This document shows, piece by piece, positions 1-7,428 of a DNA stretch of 15,241 nucleotides. The stretch is from an uncultured Bdellovibrio sp. (GTDB lineage: Bacteria; Bdellovibrionota; Bdellovibrionia; Bdellovibrionales; Bdellovibrionaceae). The position numbers were made by a program, and so were the translations under genes. The stretch covers positions 1 to 15,241 of the forward strand of contig CAWVRN010000048.1 of NCBI GenBank assembly GCA_963932905.1, read 5' to 3'. The notes under the pieces are model-generated. The model was given only the letters and a program-made list of their open reading frames with translations. It was not told the DNA's origin and made no database searches. Each line of letters opens with the position of its first letter. Position 1 is the first letter of the stretch.

Positions 1-84
1 CGGGCCAGAATCGAACTGGCACGCCCGTTTGACCGAAGCCCAGGATTTTAAGTCCTGTGTGTCTACCAGTTTCACCACCGGGGC
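1..84 (-). tRNA. tRNA-Leu(TAA), 3' end truncated by the window edge
   Basis: Reverse complement reads GCCCCGG-TGGTGAAACTGGTAGACAC-A-CAGGA-CT-TAA-AA-TCCTG, then a long variable arm, then GCCAG-TTCGATT-CTGGC-CCG. Anticodon TAA at 50-48, class II variable arm, canonical T-loop. The last ~4 acceptor-stem bases and discriminator lie outside the window. Confidence 0.96.
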
Positions 85-118
85 GCATGCAATTGCAAAA
101 ATGAATCACTAAAAAATC

Positions 119-154
119 ATTTTTCTTGAGCTTTGTCATCAAGAAATATCTAAT
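119..154. promoter_or_regulatory. Inverted repeat containing back-to-back -35-like hexamers between the tRNA and the ORF at 161
   Basis: TTTCTTGA(122-129)-N9-TCAAGAAA(139-146), extendable to 11 bp with 1 mismatch. Gives TTGAGC (+, 126-131) with a weak TCTAAT 17 nt downstream, and TTGATG (-, 142-137). Confidence 0.35.
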
Positions 155-160
155 TATTTC

Positions 161-859
161 ATGCTTTTCAAAAATGCCTTTAAAAAACTCATCGAACTAA
201 AACTTTTCCTCATTCCGATCATTTTATTCTTCTGGATCAGCTCCATTTTTGAGCATTTTTTAGTAAAAAAGATAGAGGGAGTGGTTAACAGTTCAGATCC
301 AAGTACGGCCACTTTGATTGGATATGCTTCTCTTCATTTGTTAAATGGAATTATATTTCCCACTTTGATTACCCTGTTAGCGCTTAGTTATTTGCGCAAT
401 AAAAAGAACGGATCACCCCAGTACCAAATTGAAGGCAGCCCATCCAATCAGCTGTTCATAGAGACATTGCGAAGTTGGGGGAAAACGACATGGTGGTTCT
501 TGGCATTGATTCTGCCCGGATTGTATAAATTTATTTCTTATTCGTATGTTCCCATCATTGTCTACTTGGATCCAGAATATGATAAAGGCGCCGTTGACGC
601 ACTAGAGGCCTCCGAGGCGAGTTTTCGTAAAAACTGGCTTGCAACCTGTTTCGTCTTTGTTGCCTTCTACCTTGTATTTCCTATAATGCTTAGCTCTATC
701 CTTGATTCTTATAAGGATTTTAATGAAACTCCGATGCTGGCTTTGCTGGTCAGTGTTTTCAACGGGAGCTTAAGCCTGTTTGCCTTTCTGCTTTTAGCAG
801 AAATTTACATTCGGGATAACACTCAACTGATGGGAACAGTGTCCGTCAACCCAGTCTGA
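161..859 (+). CDS. Integral membrane protein, DUF975/YciC-like, unknown function
   Basis: 232 aa with about 5 hydrophobic segments. The pattern LILPGLY..ISYSYVP.......GAVDALEAS....RKNW resembles the PG / AL..S core of DUF975/YciC-type membrane domains. Confidence 0.65.
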   Translation: MLFKNAFKKLIELKLFLIPIILFFWISSIFEHFLVKKIEGVVNSSDPSTATLIGYASLHLLNGIIFPTLITLLALSYLRNKKNGSPQYQIEGSPSNQLFIETLRSWGKTTWWFLALILPGLYKFISYSYVPIIVYLDPEYDKGAVDALEASEASFRKNWLATCFVFVAFYLVFPIMLSSILDSYKDFNETPMLALLVSVFNGSLSLFAFLLLAEIYIRDNTQLMGTVSVNPV

Positions 860-887
860 TTCTAGCAGAAAATCGCAGGGAGTTTTT

Positions 888-1937
888 ATGGAATTACTTT
901 TTAAATGGCAACAAGTTCGTACGCGTATGAAAGGTCTAACATTTGATGATGTTCTGATCGTTCCGTCCAAATCAGACATGCGTTCACGTAAAGATCCCTC
1001 TTTAAAAACTCAACTGACACGCAATTACAGTATTGATTTACCTATTATTTCGGCCAACATGGACACCATCACAGAATCAGATATGGCCATCGCTATGGCT
1101 CAATTAGGCGGCCTTGGCATCCTGCACCGATTTATGACTATCGAAGAGCAAGTTAAGCACGTTCATGCTATCCGCAAAGCCAATGTAGAACTGATTTCTG
1201 CCAGCATCGGAGTTAACGAAGATTTCCGTGATCGCGCGAAAAAATTAGTGGAAGCGGGCGTGCAAATATTAACTATCGACATCGCTCATGGTCACTCGGT
1301 GCAAATGCTAGAAACTATGAAATGGTGCAAAGACAACTTTCCAAAAACAGACATCATCGCTGGCAACGTAGCCACTCCGGAAGCAACCGAAGAATTAATT
1401 GAAGCGGGCGCCGACGCCATCAAAGTCGGTATCGGTCCTGGTTCCATGTGCACAACTCGTATCATCACGGGTGCGGGCGTTCCGCAATTAACAGCTGTTG
1501 CGTTGTGTGCCGAAGTGGGTAAAGAAAAAAATGTTCCTATTATCGCAGATGGCGGCATTAAAACATCCGGCGATATCGTCAAAGCTCTATCAGCTGGTGC
1601 GAACGTTGTGATGTTAGGAAGTATGCTTTCAGGCACAATTGAAACACCGGGAGAAATCAAAAACGGCCGCAAGCAATACCGTGGTATGGCCTCCCGTTCT
1701 GCACAAGATTCTTGGCGTGGCGGTGTTCCGGAAGGCATGGCGCCCGAAGGTGAATCAACTACCGTATCTGTGAAAGGCCACGTGAAAGATGTGATTATGG
1801 AACTATCTGGCGGTATCCGTTCAGGTATGACCTATGTAAACGCACAAACCATCGAGGAACTGTGCGAAAAAGCGCGCTTCATAGAAATGTCATCTTCTGG
1901 TATGAGCGAATCACGAGCTCATGGTTTAAATAAATAA
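888..1937 (+). CDS. guaC: IMPDH/GMPR-family enzyme without CBS domains, most likely GMP reductase
   Basis: LTFDDVL, SANMDT, TIDIAHGHS, catalytic loop KVGIGPGSMCTTR, IADGGI, YRGMAS...APEGES. 349 aa, no CBS pair, no flap Arg-Tyr dyad. SD GGGAG upstream. The family is certain; guaC versus guaB is an inference. Confidence 0.75.
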   Translation: MELLFKWQQVRTRMKGLTFDDVLIVPSKSDMRSRKDPSLKTQLTRNYSIDLPIISANMDTITESDMAIAMAQLGGLGILHRFMTIEEQVKHVHAIRKANVELISASIGVNEDFRDRAKKLVEAGVQILTIDIAHGHSVQMLETMKWCKDNFPKTDIIAGNVATPEATEELIEAGADAIKVGIGPGSMCTTRIITGAGVPQLTAVALCAEVGKEKNVPIIADGGIKTSGDIVKALSAGANVVMLGSMLSGTIETPGEIKNGRKQYRGMASRSAQDSWRGGVPEGMAPEGESTTVSVKGHVKDVIMELSGGIRSGMTYVNAQTIEELCEKARFIEMSSSGMSESRAHGLNK

Positions 1938-2743
1938 TGGGCCCCATTGGTGTCTTTGATTCTGGCGTGGGAGGCCTAACAGTTTTAAAACAACTGTGTC
2001 TGACGTTCCCGTCGCAATCGTGGATTTACCTAGGCGACACGGCCCGATTACCCTACGGAACTAAATCGGGCGTGACCATTCGCACTTACACCGAGGAAAA
2101 TCTTAATTTCTTAAGTCATTTCAACTGCCAGGCATTTATCATCGCCTGTAATTCTGCTTCAGCGCAATTTCCCGACAATTCATTTAATGGTCGTCCGGTT
2201 TTTAAAGTGATTCAGCCAGGGGCTATTCAAGCTTTGCGTGAAACTCGCAATAACAAAATCGGTATTATTGGAACCAAAGCCACCATCAATTCGCGTGTCT
2301 ACGAACATGAACTTCGCGGCATGGGTTTTACTGGTGAATTATTTTCGCAAGCCTGCCCGTTATTTGTTCCTCTGGTTGAGGAAGGTTTGTTTCATGATCC
2401 AGCGACCGATTTAATCATCGATCGCTATTTACACCCCATGCGTGATGCCGGTATCGATACCTTGATTATGGGCTGCACCCACTACCCGTTACTACACCAA
2501 GCTTTTCGAAACTACTTTGGCCCTAATATTAGGCTTGTCAGCTCTGAAGCCGAACTGACTCAACAGCTGATGGCTAACCAATGTGTTCAGACCGAACCCT
2601 CACCACCCGGGCATATTATTCTCTACACCACGGACCGTGTGGAGTTCGTTACTGACGTTGCAAAAATGATTTTGTTAGGAACAACTCATACATTGGAATT
2701 TAGAAATCTAGGTGGTCCCAATGTCTATGAAGGACAGCCATGA
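1937..2743 (+). CDS. murI: Glutamate racemase
   Basis: IGVFDSGVGGLTV, YLGDTARLPYG, both catalytic cysteines (IACNSA, MGCTHYPLL), CPLFVPLVEEG. TAATG overlap with the upstream stop. Confidence 0.97.
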   Translation: MGPIGVFDSGVGGLTVLKQLCLTFPSQSWIYLGDTARLPYGTKSGVTIRTYTEENLNFLSHFNCQAFIIACNSASAQFPDNSFNGRPVFKVIQPGAIQALRETRNNKIGIIGTKATINSRVYEHELRGMGFTGELFSQACPLFVPLVEEGLFHDPATDLIIDRYLHPMRDAGIDTLIMGCTHYPLLHQAFRNYFGPNIRLVSSEAELTQQLMANQCVQTEPSPPGHIILYTTDRVEFVTDVAKMILLGTTHTLEFRNLGGPNVYEGQP

Positions 2744-3958
2744 ATGTGCGCTCGAGATTTCTAAAGCGCGATCTTGCAAATTGTAATCACTCGACATGGT
2801 CGCTGCGTAAGCACCGCAATCACGAACGACGATAAAATCGTCTTGTTTTACTTCAGGTAGCTCGCGGTCTTTACCAAAGAAATCAGCACTTTCACAGATT
2901 GGACCGACGACGTCATACTTTTTATTCACATCCGATTGTTTTAGTGAATGAATACTGTGATAGGCTTCATATAGCGACGGTCTAATTAAATGATTCATTC
3001 CGGAATCTAAAACAATAAATTCTTTGTGAGGTGTTTTCTTCACATATTGAACTTGTGAAATTAAAACTCCGCAATGTCCCACTAGCCAACGACCTGGTTC
3101 GGACTGGATTTCAAGCCCTGGGATGTCTTGCTTCAACTGACTCAATTCCGAGAAAACAGTTTCAGCGTATTGTTTTAGCAAATTATGTTCAGAATTTAAA
3201 TCCTGTTTTTCATAGTGAATACCCAGGCCACCACCAAAATCAAATCGATGACATTCTGGAAATTCTGACCTTAGTTTTAAAAACAAAGGTTTCAATTTCG
3301 CCAGCGAGTCTTTCAAACTTGAAAACTCCAGCATTTGGGAACCCAGATGCAATGAAATACCTCGCACAGACACCGACGACGTATGCAAGCGGGCCGTGGC
3401 AATGACGTCACTTAATTGGCCCGTGTCGATTCCAAACTTATTGTCTTTTAAACCTGTCGCAATATAGGGATGAGATTGAATACTGATATCAGGATTAATT
3501 CTAAATACAACATTGGCTTTCTTACCTATTTTTTTCGCCATTTCACCAATACGCTGCAGTTCAGGAATGCTTTCGACGTTAATTTGATGAATGTCGTTAC
3601 GAATCGCTAATTCTAATTCTTTACGGGTTTTCCCAACTCCGCTGTACACTAGCTGTTGATAGGTGAAACCATTTTTAATCGCATGCTGAATTTCACCACC
3701 GCTAACGACATCAATACCTACATTGTGATCTTTGAACACTTTGAGCACATCAGGATTGGAATTGGCTTTCAATGCATAGAATAAACGAACATCCTTTAGC
3801 TCGCTTTGCATTTGCTGTACGCGCGCACGGACAAAATCTAAATTGTAAAAAAACACGGGCCCTTGATAATTCTTAGTCAATTGGCTTAGCTTGTATTCCG
3901 CTTTATCACCTAAAAATACCAACTCGCCATTTTTATAAACCAAGAACTCTTTTTCCAT
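2708..3958 (-). CDS. lysA: Diaminopimelate decarboxylase
   Basis: PLP lysine motif YALKANSN, DVVSGGE, SGVGKT, HPYIATG..NKFG, HLGSQ, DFGGGLG, EPGR, GPICESAD, GAY. Start moved from the track's TTG 3988 to ATG 3958 (MEKEF), which has a GGGGG SD-like tract upstream. Confidence 0.95.
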   Translation of the reverse strand: MEKEFLVYKNGELVFLGDKAEYKLSQLTKNYQGPVFFYNLDFVRARVQQMQSELKDVRLFYALKANSNPDVLKVFKDHNVGIDVVSGGEIQHAIKNGFTYQQLVYSGVGKTRKELELAIRNDIHQINVESIPELQRIGEMAKKIGKKANVVFRINPDISIQSHPYIATGLKDNKFGIDTGQLSDVIATARLHTSSVSVRGISLHLGSQMLEFSSLKDSLAKLKPLFLKLRSEFPECHRFDFGGGLGIHYEKQDLNSEHNLLKQYAETVFSELSQLKQDIPGLEIQSEPGRWLVGHCGVLISQVQYVKKTPHKEFIVLDSGMNHLIRPSLYEAYHSIHSLKQSDVNKKYDVVGPICESADFFGKDRELPEVKQDDFIVVRDCGAYAATMSSDYNLQDRALEISSAHSWLSFIDIGTT

Positions 3959-4016
3959 CGACAGATGCCCCCAAAAACATAAAGCCAAATTTATTACGAA
4001 ATACCTTAAAATGCTA

Positions 4017-4045
4017 TTGAGTTTTTAGCTGAATCTCATTAATTT
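4017..4045 (+). promoter_or_regulatory. Putative sigma70-type promoter for mpaA-dapD
   Basis: TTGAGT(4017-4022)-N17-TAATTT(4040-4045), followed by SD-like AGGATGGT before ATG 4067. Confidence 0.45.
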
Positions 4046-4066
4046 ACTGGCCAGGATGGTTTTACT

Positions 4067-4732
4067 ATGAAAATGGAATTATTTGCTCGCACTCCAAAAC
4101 AGCTTCCTATTTTTAAATACTCGTTCGGTTCTGAGGGCCCTCGCGCCCTAATTATCGGCGGCGTACACGGAGATGAACCCGAAGGTGTGATTGCGGCACA
4201 GGGCGTGCTTGCGGCTTTGAATGAATCGTTTCATTACAAACTTCAGGTCACTGTGATTCCTGAATTTAATCCTGAAGGCGTACTGAATAAAATCCGCATG
4301 AATTCCAACGGCGTCGATTTAAATAGAAATCTTCCTACAAAAGACTGGTCACCTGTAGCTGCAAAAGAGCGCTATTTTCCTGGAAAATCTGCGTGCAGTG
4401 AGCCAGAGAATAAAGGCTTAGTGCAATTGCTCGATACCGTAAAATTTGATTTGATTATCAGCCTCCATTCTTGGAACCCCATGATTAACATCAATGGGCC
4501 AGACTGCGAACCAGAGGCTGAGATTATTAAAAAGCACACGGGCTATTCGATCGAACCTGATATCGGCTATCCGACTCCGGGTAGCTTAGGAACTTACGCG
4601 GGCAAGGAAAGACAGATCTCGACCATCACTTATGAAATTCAACGTGAACTTGATTTCCATGAAATTAACAAAATTCACGTTCCCGGTTTACTTGATTGCC
4701 TAAAACAAACTGAAAAAAGGAAACGTTCATGA
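4067..4732 (+). CDS. mpaA: M14 zinc carboxypeptidase, MpaA-like murein tripeptide amidase (gamma-D-Glu-meso-DAP)
   Basis: Zn motif GGVHGDE, NPEG, R.NSNGVDLNRN, SEPE, ISLHS, MpaA-typical GYPTPGSLG, catalytic TYE. 221 aa, no signal peptide. Confidence 0.82.
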   Translation: MKMELFARTPKQLPIFKYSFGSEGPRALIIGGVHGDEPEGVIAAQGVLAALNESFHYKLQVTVIPEFNPEGVLNKIRMNSNGVDLNRNLPTKDWSPVAAKERYFPGKSACSEPENKGLVQLLDTVKFDLIISLHSWNPMININGPDCEPEAEIIKKHTGYSIEPDIGYPTPGSLGTYAGKERQISTITYEIQRELDFHEINKIHVPGLLDCLKQTEKRKRS

Positions 4733-5571
4733 TCTTAGAACACGTGATTCAAAAAATAGATAAAGATTTAAAAGACGGCATGAACATCAACGACATTTCT
4801 GCCGAAGACACATCCGCAATCAAAGAAGTGATTCAACTTCTTGACCACGGGAAACTGCGGGTCGCTGAAAAAATCGTTGGCAAAACTGGTCCACAAAGCT
4901 GGAAAACAAATGAGTGGGTTAAAAAAGCTATCCTTCAGTATTTCCGCATTCAAAAAATGCAGATAATGCAGACTAACGAGTTTAACTACTACGACAAAAT
5001 TGCACCGAAGAAATGGACTGGATCCGAAGGTGTACGCGTGGTCCCCCCCGCTATTGCTCGCTACGGATCGTTTTTAAATTCAGGCTGCATTATGATGCCT
5101 TCGTATGTGAACATCGGTGCCTATGTTGATTCTGGAACAATGGTCGACACGTGGGCGACCGTGGGCTCTTGCGGTCAAATTGGAAAAAACGTTCATCTGT
5201 CCGGGGGTGTCGGTATTGGCGGCGTTCTTGAGCCAACTCAGGCTCAACCAGTGATTGTGGAAGATAATGTATTTATCGGATCACGTTGCATTATTGTCGA
5301 AGGCGTATTCATTGAAGAAGGCGCCGTGATCGGCGCCGGTGTGACTATCACATCCAGCACTAAAATTTTGGATGTTTCTAATTCTGAAGTTAAAGAATAT
5401 AAAGGCTATGTTCCTAAGAATTCTGTCGTTATCCCAGGGACTATCAACAAGAAATTCCCAGCGGGTGATTACGGCGTGAATTGTGCTCTGATTATTGGTC
5501 AGCGTAAGGCAAGTACTGATTTAAAAACGTCACTGAACGACACACTTCGCGATTTCCAAATCTCTGTTTAG
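4729..5571 (+). CDS. dapD: Tetrahydrodipicolinate N-succinyltransferase
   Basis: G.LRVAE, NEWVKKAIL, RVVPPA, MPSYVNIGAYVD.GTMVDTWATVGSC.QIGKNVHLSGGVGIGGVLEP, hexapeptide repeats, C-terminal LND.LR. ATGA overlap with mpaA. Confidence 0.97.
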   Translation: MILEHVIQKIDKDLKDGMNINDISAEDTSAIKEVIQLLDHGKLRVAEKIVGKTGPQSWKTNEWVKKAILQYFRIQKMQIMQTNEFNYYDKIAPKKWTGSEGVRVVPPAIARYGSFLNSGCIMMPSYVNIGAYVDSGTMVDTWATVGSCGQIGKNVHLSGGVGIGGVLEPTQAQPVIVEDNVFIGSRCIIVEGVFIEEGAVIGAGVTITSSTKILDVSNSEVKEYKGYVPKNSVVIPGTINKKFPAGDYGVNCALIIGQRKASTDLKTSLNDTLRDFQISV

Positions 5572-5588
5572 TTTTTCGTTTAGATATC

Positions 5589-5615
5589 AGCCGCGCGAAA
5601 ACGCGGCTAATTTTT
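5589..5615 (+). terminator. Rho-independent terminator after dapD, overlapping the stop codon of the convergent gene
   Basis: AGCCGCG-CGAAAA-CGCGGCT hairpin (5589-5608) followed by AATTTTT. No U-tract in the opposite direction. Confidence 0.65.
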
Positions 5616-6899
5616 CATTCTTAAAACTTCCGCCGGAGAAATCTTCTCGATAGCCTTGGTTGGCAAATACGAACCCAAGAATGCGACCAATGTCGTTACA
5701 AAAAGAACAGTAAAGAATAAAAACAAATTTACCTTTGCCGGTATCGTCGAATCATAGTAAATGTCCGGTAAAATATTGATCGGATACCACTCTAACAAAT
5801 ATCCAACGACCAAACCAAGCACGGCCCCTACAGAAACCCCAACCAATGACAAACCTACACCCATTTGAATAAAGTATTTAATGGCTGCCTTCTGCGATAA
5901 GCCTAGCGTTCTTAACATCGCAATATCGCGCTTCTTCTGCGAAATTAATAACGCCAATACCGTTAGAATAGAAAACGATGCGATCAAGCCGGCCAGTCCT
6001 AAAAATAAACCGATCATGAATTTTTCTAACTTCAATGCATAAAACAATGCCGAGTTTCGATCCATCCAAGTTTGAATGGTCCAATCTATATTCTTTTTAC
6101 CTTCACCCTTATGATCGTCTATCCAATCTTGCAAGCGGCTTTGAAAACGACCGGCATCCATGGCGTCCTTTAACCAAATTTCAAGACCGACTTGACGACT
6201 TAAGGAATTCCTTAGCGATGACAATGTCAAATCACGCATATAAAAAATATACTGAGAATCTAAATCAGCTAAATTTGTCGAAAGAATTTTTTTAATTTTT
6301 ACCTTTTCAAAAACAGGAACTTCACCCATGGCCAAAACCAGACTCTCGGGTGGCAACACCATTAAATAATCCCCCTCAAACACACCTAAACTGCGAGCTA
6401 GATCAACTCCAATCATGATTTCGTTCGATTCGGGAATATCCATTTCTTCCCACATCTGCCCGTCAGCCGACATGGAAGTACTTTTTTTCAAATGTTTTTC
6501 GTTTTGCTCTTTAATTTTCTGATTCAAATTTTCGAAACTTTTTCGAACAAACCCTTGCGCTATGGCGCCGCGGAATTGCCCTTCCATCGTACGTATGATC
6601 ACATCTTGCGTATCGAACAATGAATAGCGTTCAGCACCCAAGTTTTTAATCTCGGTGAGAATTGGATCAGATTCCAAACCTTTGTGTAAAGCTCTATCTT
6701 TTGGAACTAACGTCAAATGCGCTTCTAGTGAAATCACGCGTGATTCAATACTTTTATTCATCCCGTTCATAATAAAAAGAATCAACAAAAAAGCGAAGGT
6801 CGAAACACCGATACTGACCATCGATAGACGTGAAATCCGTCGCACCAGATTGCCTGCGCGATTTGATAGGATTAACTTTTTAAACAGAAACAAGACCAT
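5607..6899 (-). CDS. LolC/LolE-family lipoprotein-releasing ABC permease (MacB/FtsX fold)
   Basis: ISRLSMVSIGV...ILFIMNG N-terminal TM, large periplasmic domain (IG.DLA..LG...GD), W..RN.ALF.AL..EK, K.RDIA.LRTLG, YY...IP, P.......PAEVLR. Likely start ATG 6899 (MVLFLF) rather than 6962, which would collide with the divergent gene. Confidence 0.9.
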   Translation of the reverse strand: MVLFLFKKLILSNRAGNLVRRISRLSMVSIGVSTFAFLLILFIMNGMNKSIESRVISLEAHLTLVPKDRALHKGLESDPILTEIKNLGAERYSLFDTQDVIIRTMEGQFRGAIAQGFVRKSFENLNQKIKEQNEKHLKKSTSMSADGQMWEEMDIPESNEIMIGVDLARSLGVFEGDYLMVLPPESLVLAMGEVPVFEKVKIKKILSTNLADLDSQYIFYMRDLTLSSLRNSLSRQVGLEIWLKDAMDAGRFQSRLQDWIDDHKGEGKKNIDWTIQTWMDRNSALFYALKLEKFMIGLFLGLAGLIASFSILTVLALLISQKKRDIAMLRTLGLSQKAAIKYFIQMGVGLSLVGVSVGAVLGLVVGYLLEWYPINILPDIYYDSTIPAKVNLFLFFTVLFVTTLVAFLGSYLPTKAIEKISPAEVLRMKN

Positions 6900-6904
6900 G
6901 CCCA

Positions 6905-6952
6905 AGAGTAATAAATAGGGGCTTGCAACGCAAGGTGATTGTGAAATAGACT
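6905..6952. promoter_or_regulatory. Overlapping divergent sigma70-type promoters
   Basis: Minus strand: TTGCGT(6933-6928)-N17-TACTCT(6910-6905)-N5-ATG 6899. Plus strand: TTGCAA(6923-6928)-N18-TAGACT(6947-6952)-N8-ATG 6961. Both -35 boxes lie in the CTTGC-AAC-GCAAG palindrome. Confidence 0.5.
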
Positions 6953-6960
6953 TCAAAGTC

Positions 6961-7419
6961 ATGAGAGCACATTTTCAAATCGGATTGTTGATTTTACTGA
7001 CAACGCTCACTGCATTCACAAAGGATAGCAACAAAATGACTCGCGCCTGGTTTAAATTGAAAAATCCTCACTACATGACCGTTCACTATAAAGACCCGAC
7101 AAATAAGAAGAATGGTATCGTTGATGTTACTGTTACAGACATAGATCTTATCAACCGCACCATCAAAGACATCGAATCAACACCCATTGATGGCCCTATG
7201 ATGATTAAAATGGACGGTTCGCGCACAATTCAAGTCACGTTGACCTTTAGCAATGAAGAACCCTCTAAATCCAAAGAAACTGACGTCATTACCTTTTATA
7301 ATGGTATGATCAAAACACCAAGCACCGGGTTTCACGACCCGCAGCTAGATGTTATCAAAAAATTGTATTCAGATATACTAAAGGCAGCGAACATTAAGGT
7401 CGTTCGCAAAACCAAATAG
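6961..7419 (+). CDS. Hypothetical secreted/periplasmic protein
   Basis: 152 aa. Basic N-terminus plus hydrophobic stretch (MRAHFQIGLLILLTTLTAF), soluble remainder. Fills the gap between two minus-strand genes. No family recognised. Confidence 0.7.
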   Translation: MRAHFQIGLLILLTTLTAFTKDSNKMTRAWFKLKNPHYMTVHYKDPTNKKNGIVDVTVTDIDLINRTIKDIESTPIDGPMMIKMDGSRTIQVTLTFSNEEPSKSKETDVITFYNGMIKTPSTGFHDPQLDVIKKLYSDILKAANIKVVRKTK

Positions 7420-7428
7420 GACCTTTTT

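Noticed and set aside
1292..1738. 148-aa antisense ORF inside the GMPR-like gene (also 794-979)
   Set aside because: Shadow frame of a well-conserved gene; Ser/Pro/Ala-rich with no motif.
3031..3405. 124-aa plus-strand ORF in lysA, and similar short ORFs inside dapD, lolC/E, mlaD, mlaE, the barrel and LEA genes
   Set aside because: Nested in confidently identified genes, without recognisable domains or translation signals.
3959..4066. Lysine riboswitch or leader peptide upstream of lysA/dapD
   Set aside because: The gap is only about 108 bp, AT-rich and shared by two promoters; no L-box-sized structure or Lys-rich leader ORF seen.
6900..6962. N-terminal extension of LolC/E in the track (likewise lysA 3959-3988 and ridA 11019-11072)
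   Set aside because: Extensions run through promoter DNA or neighbouring genes; downstream ATGs match the family N-termini.
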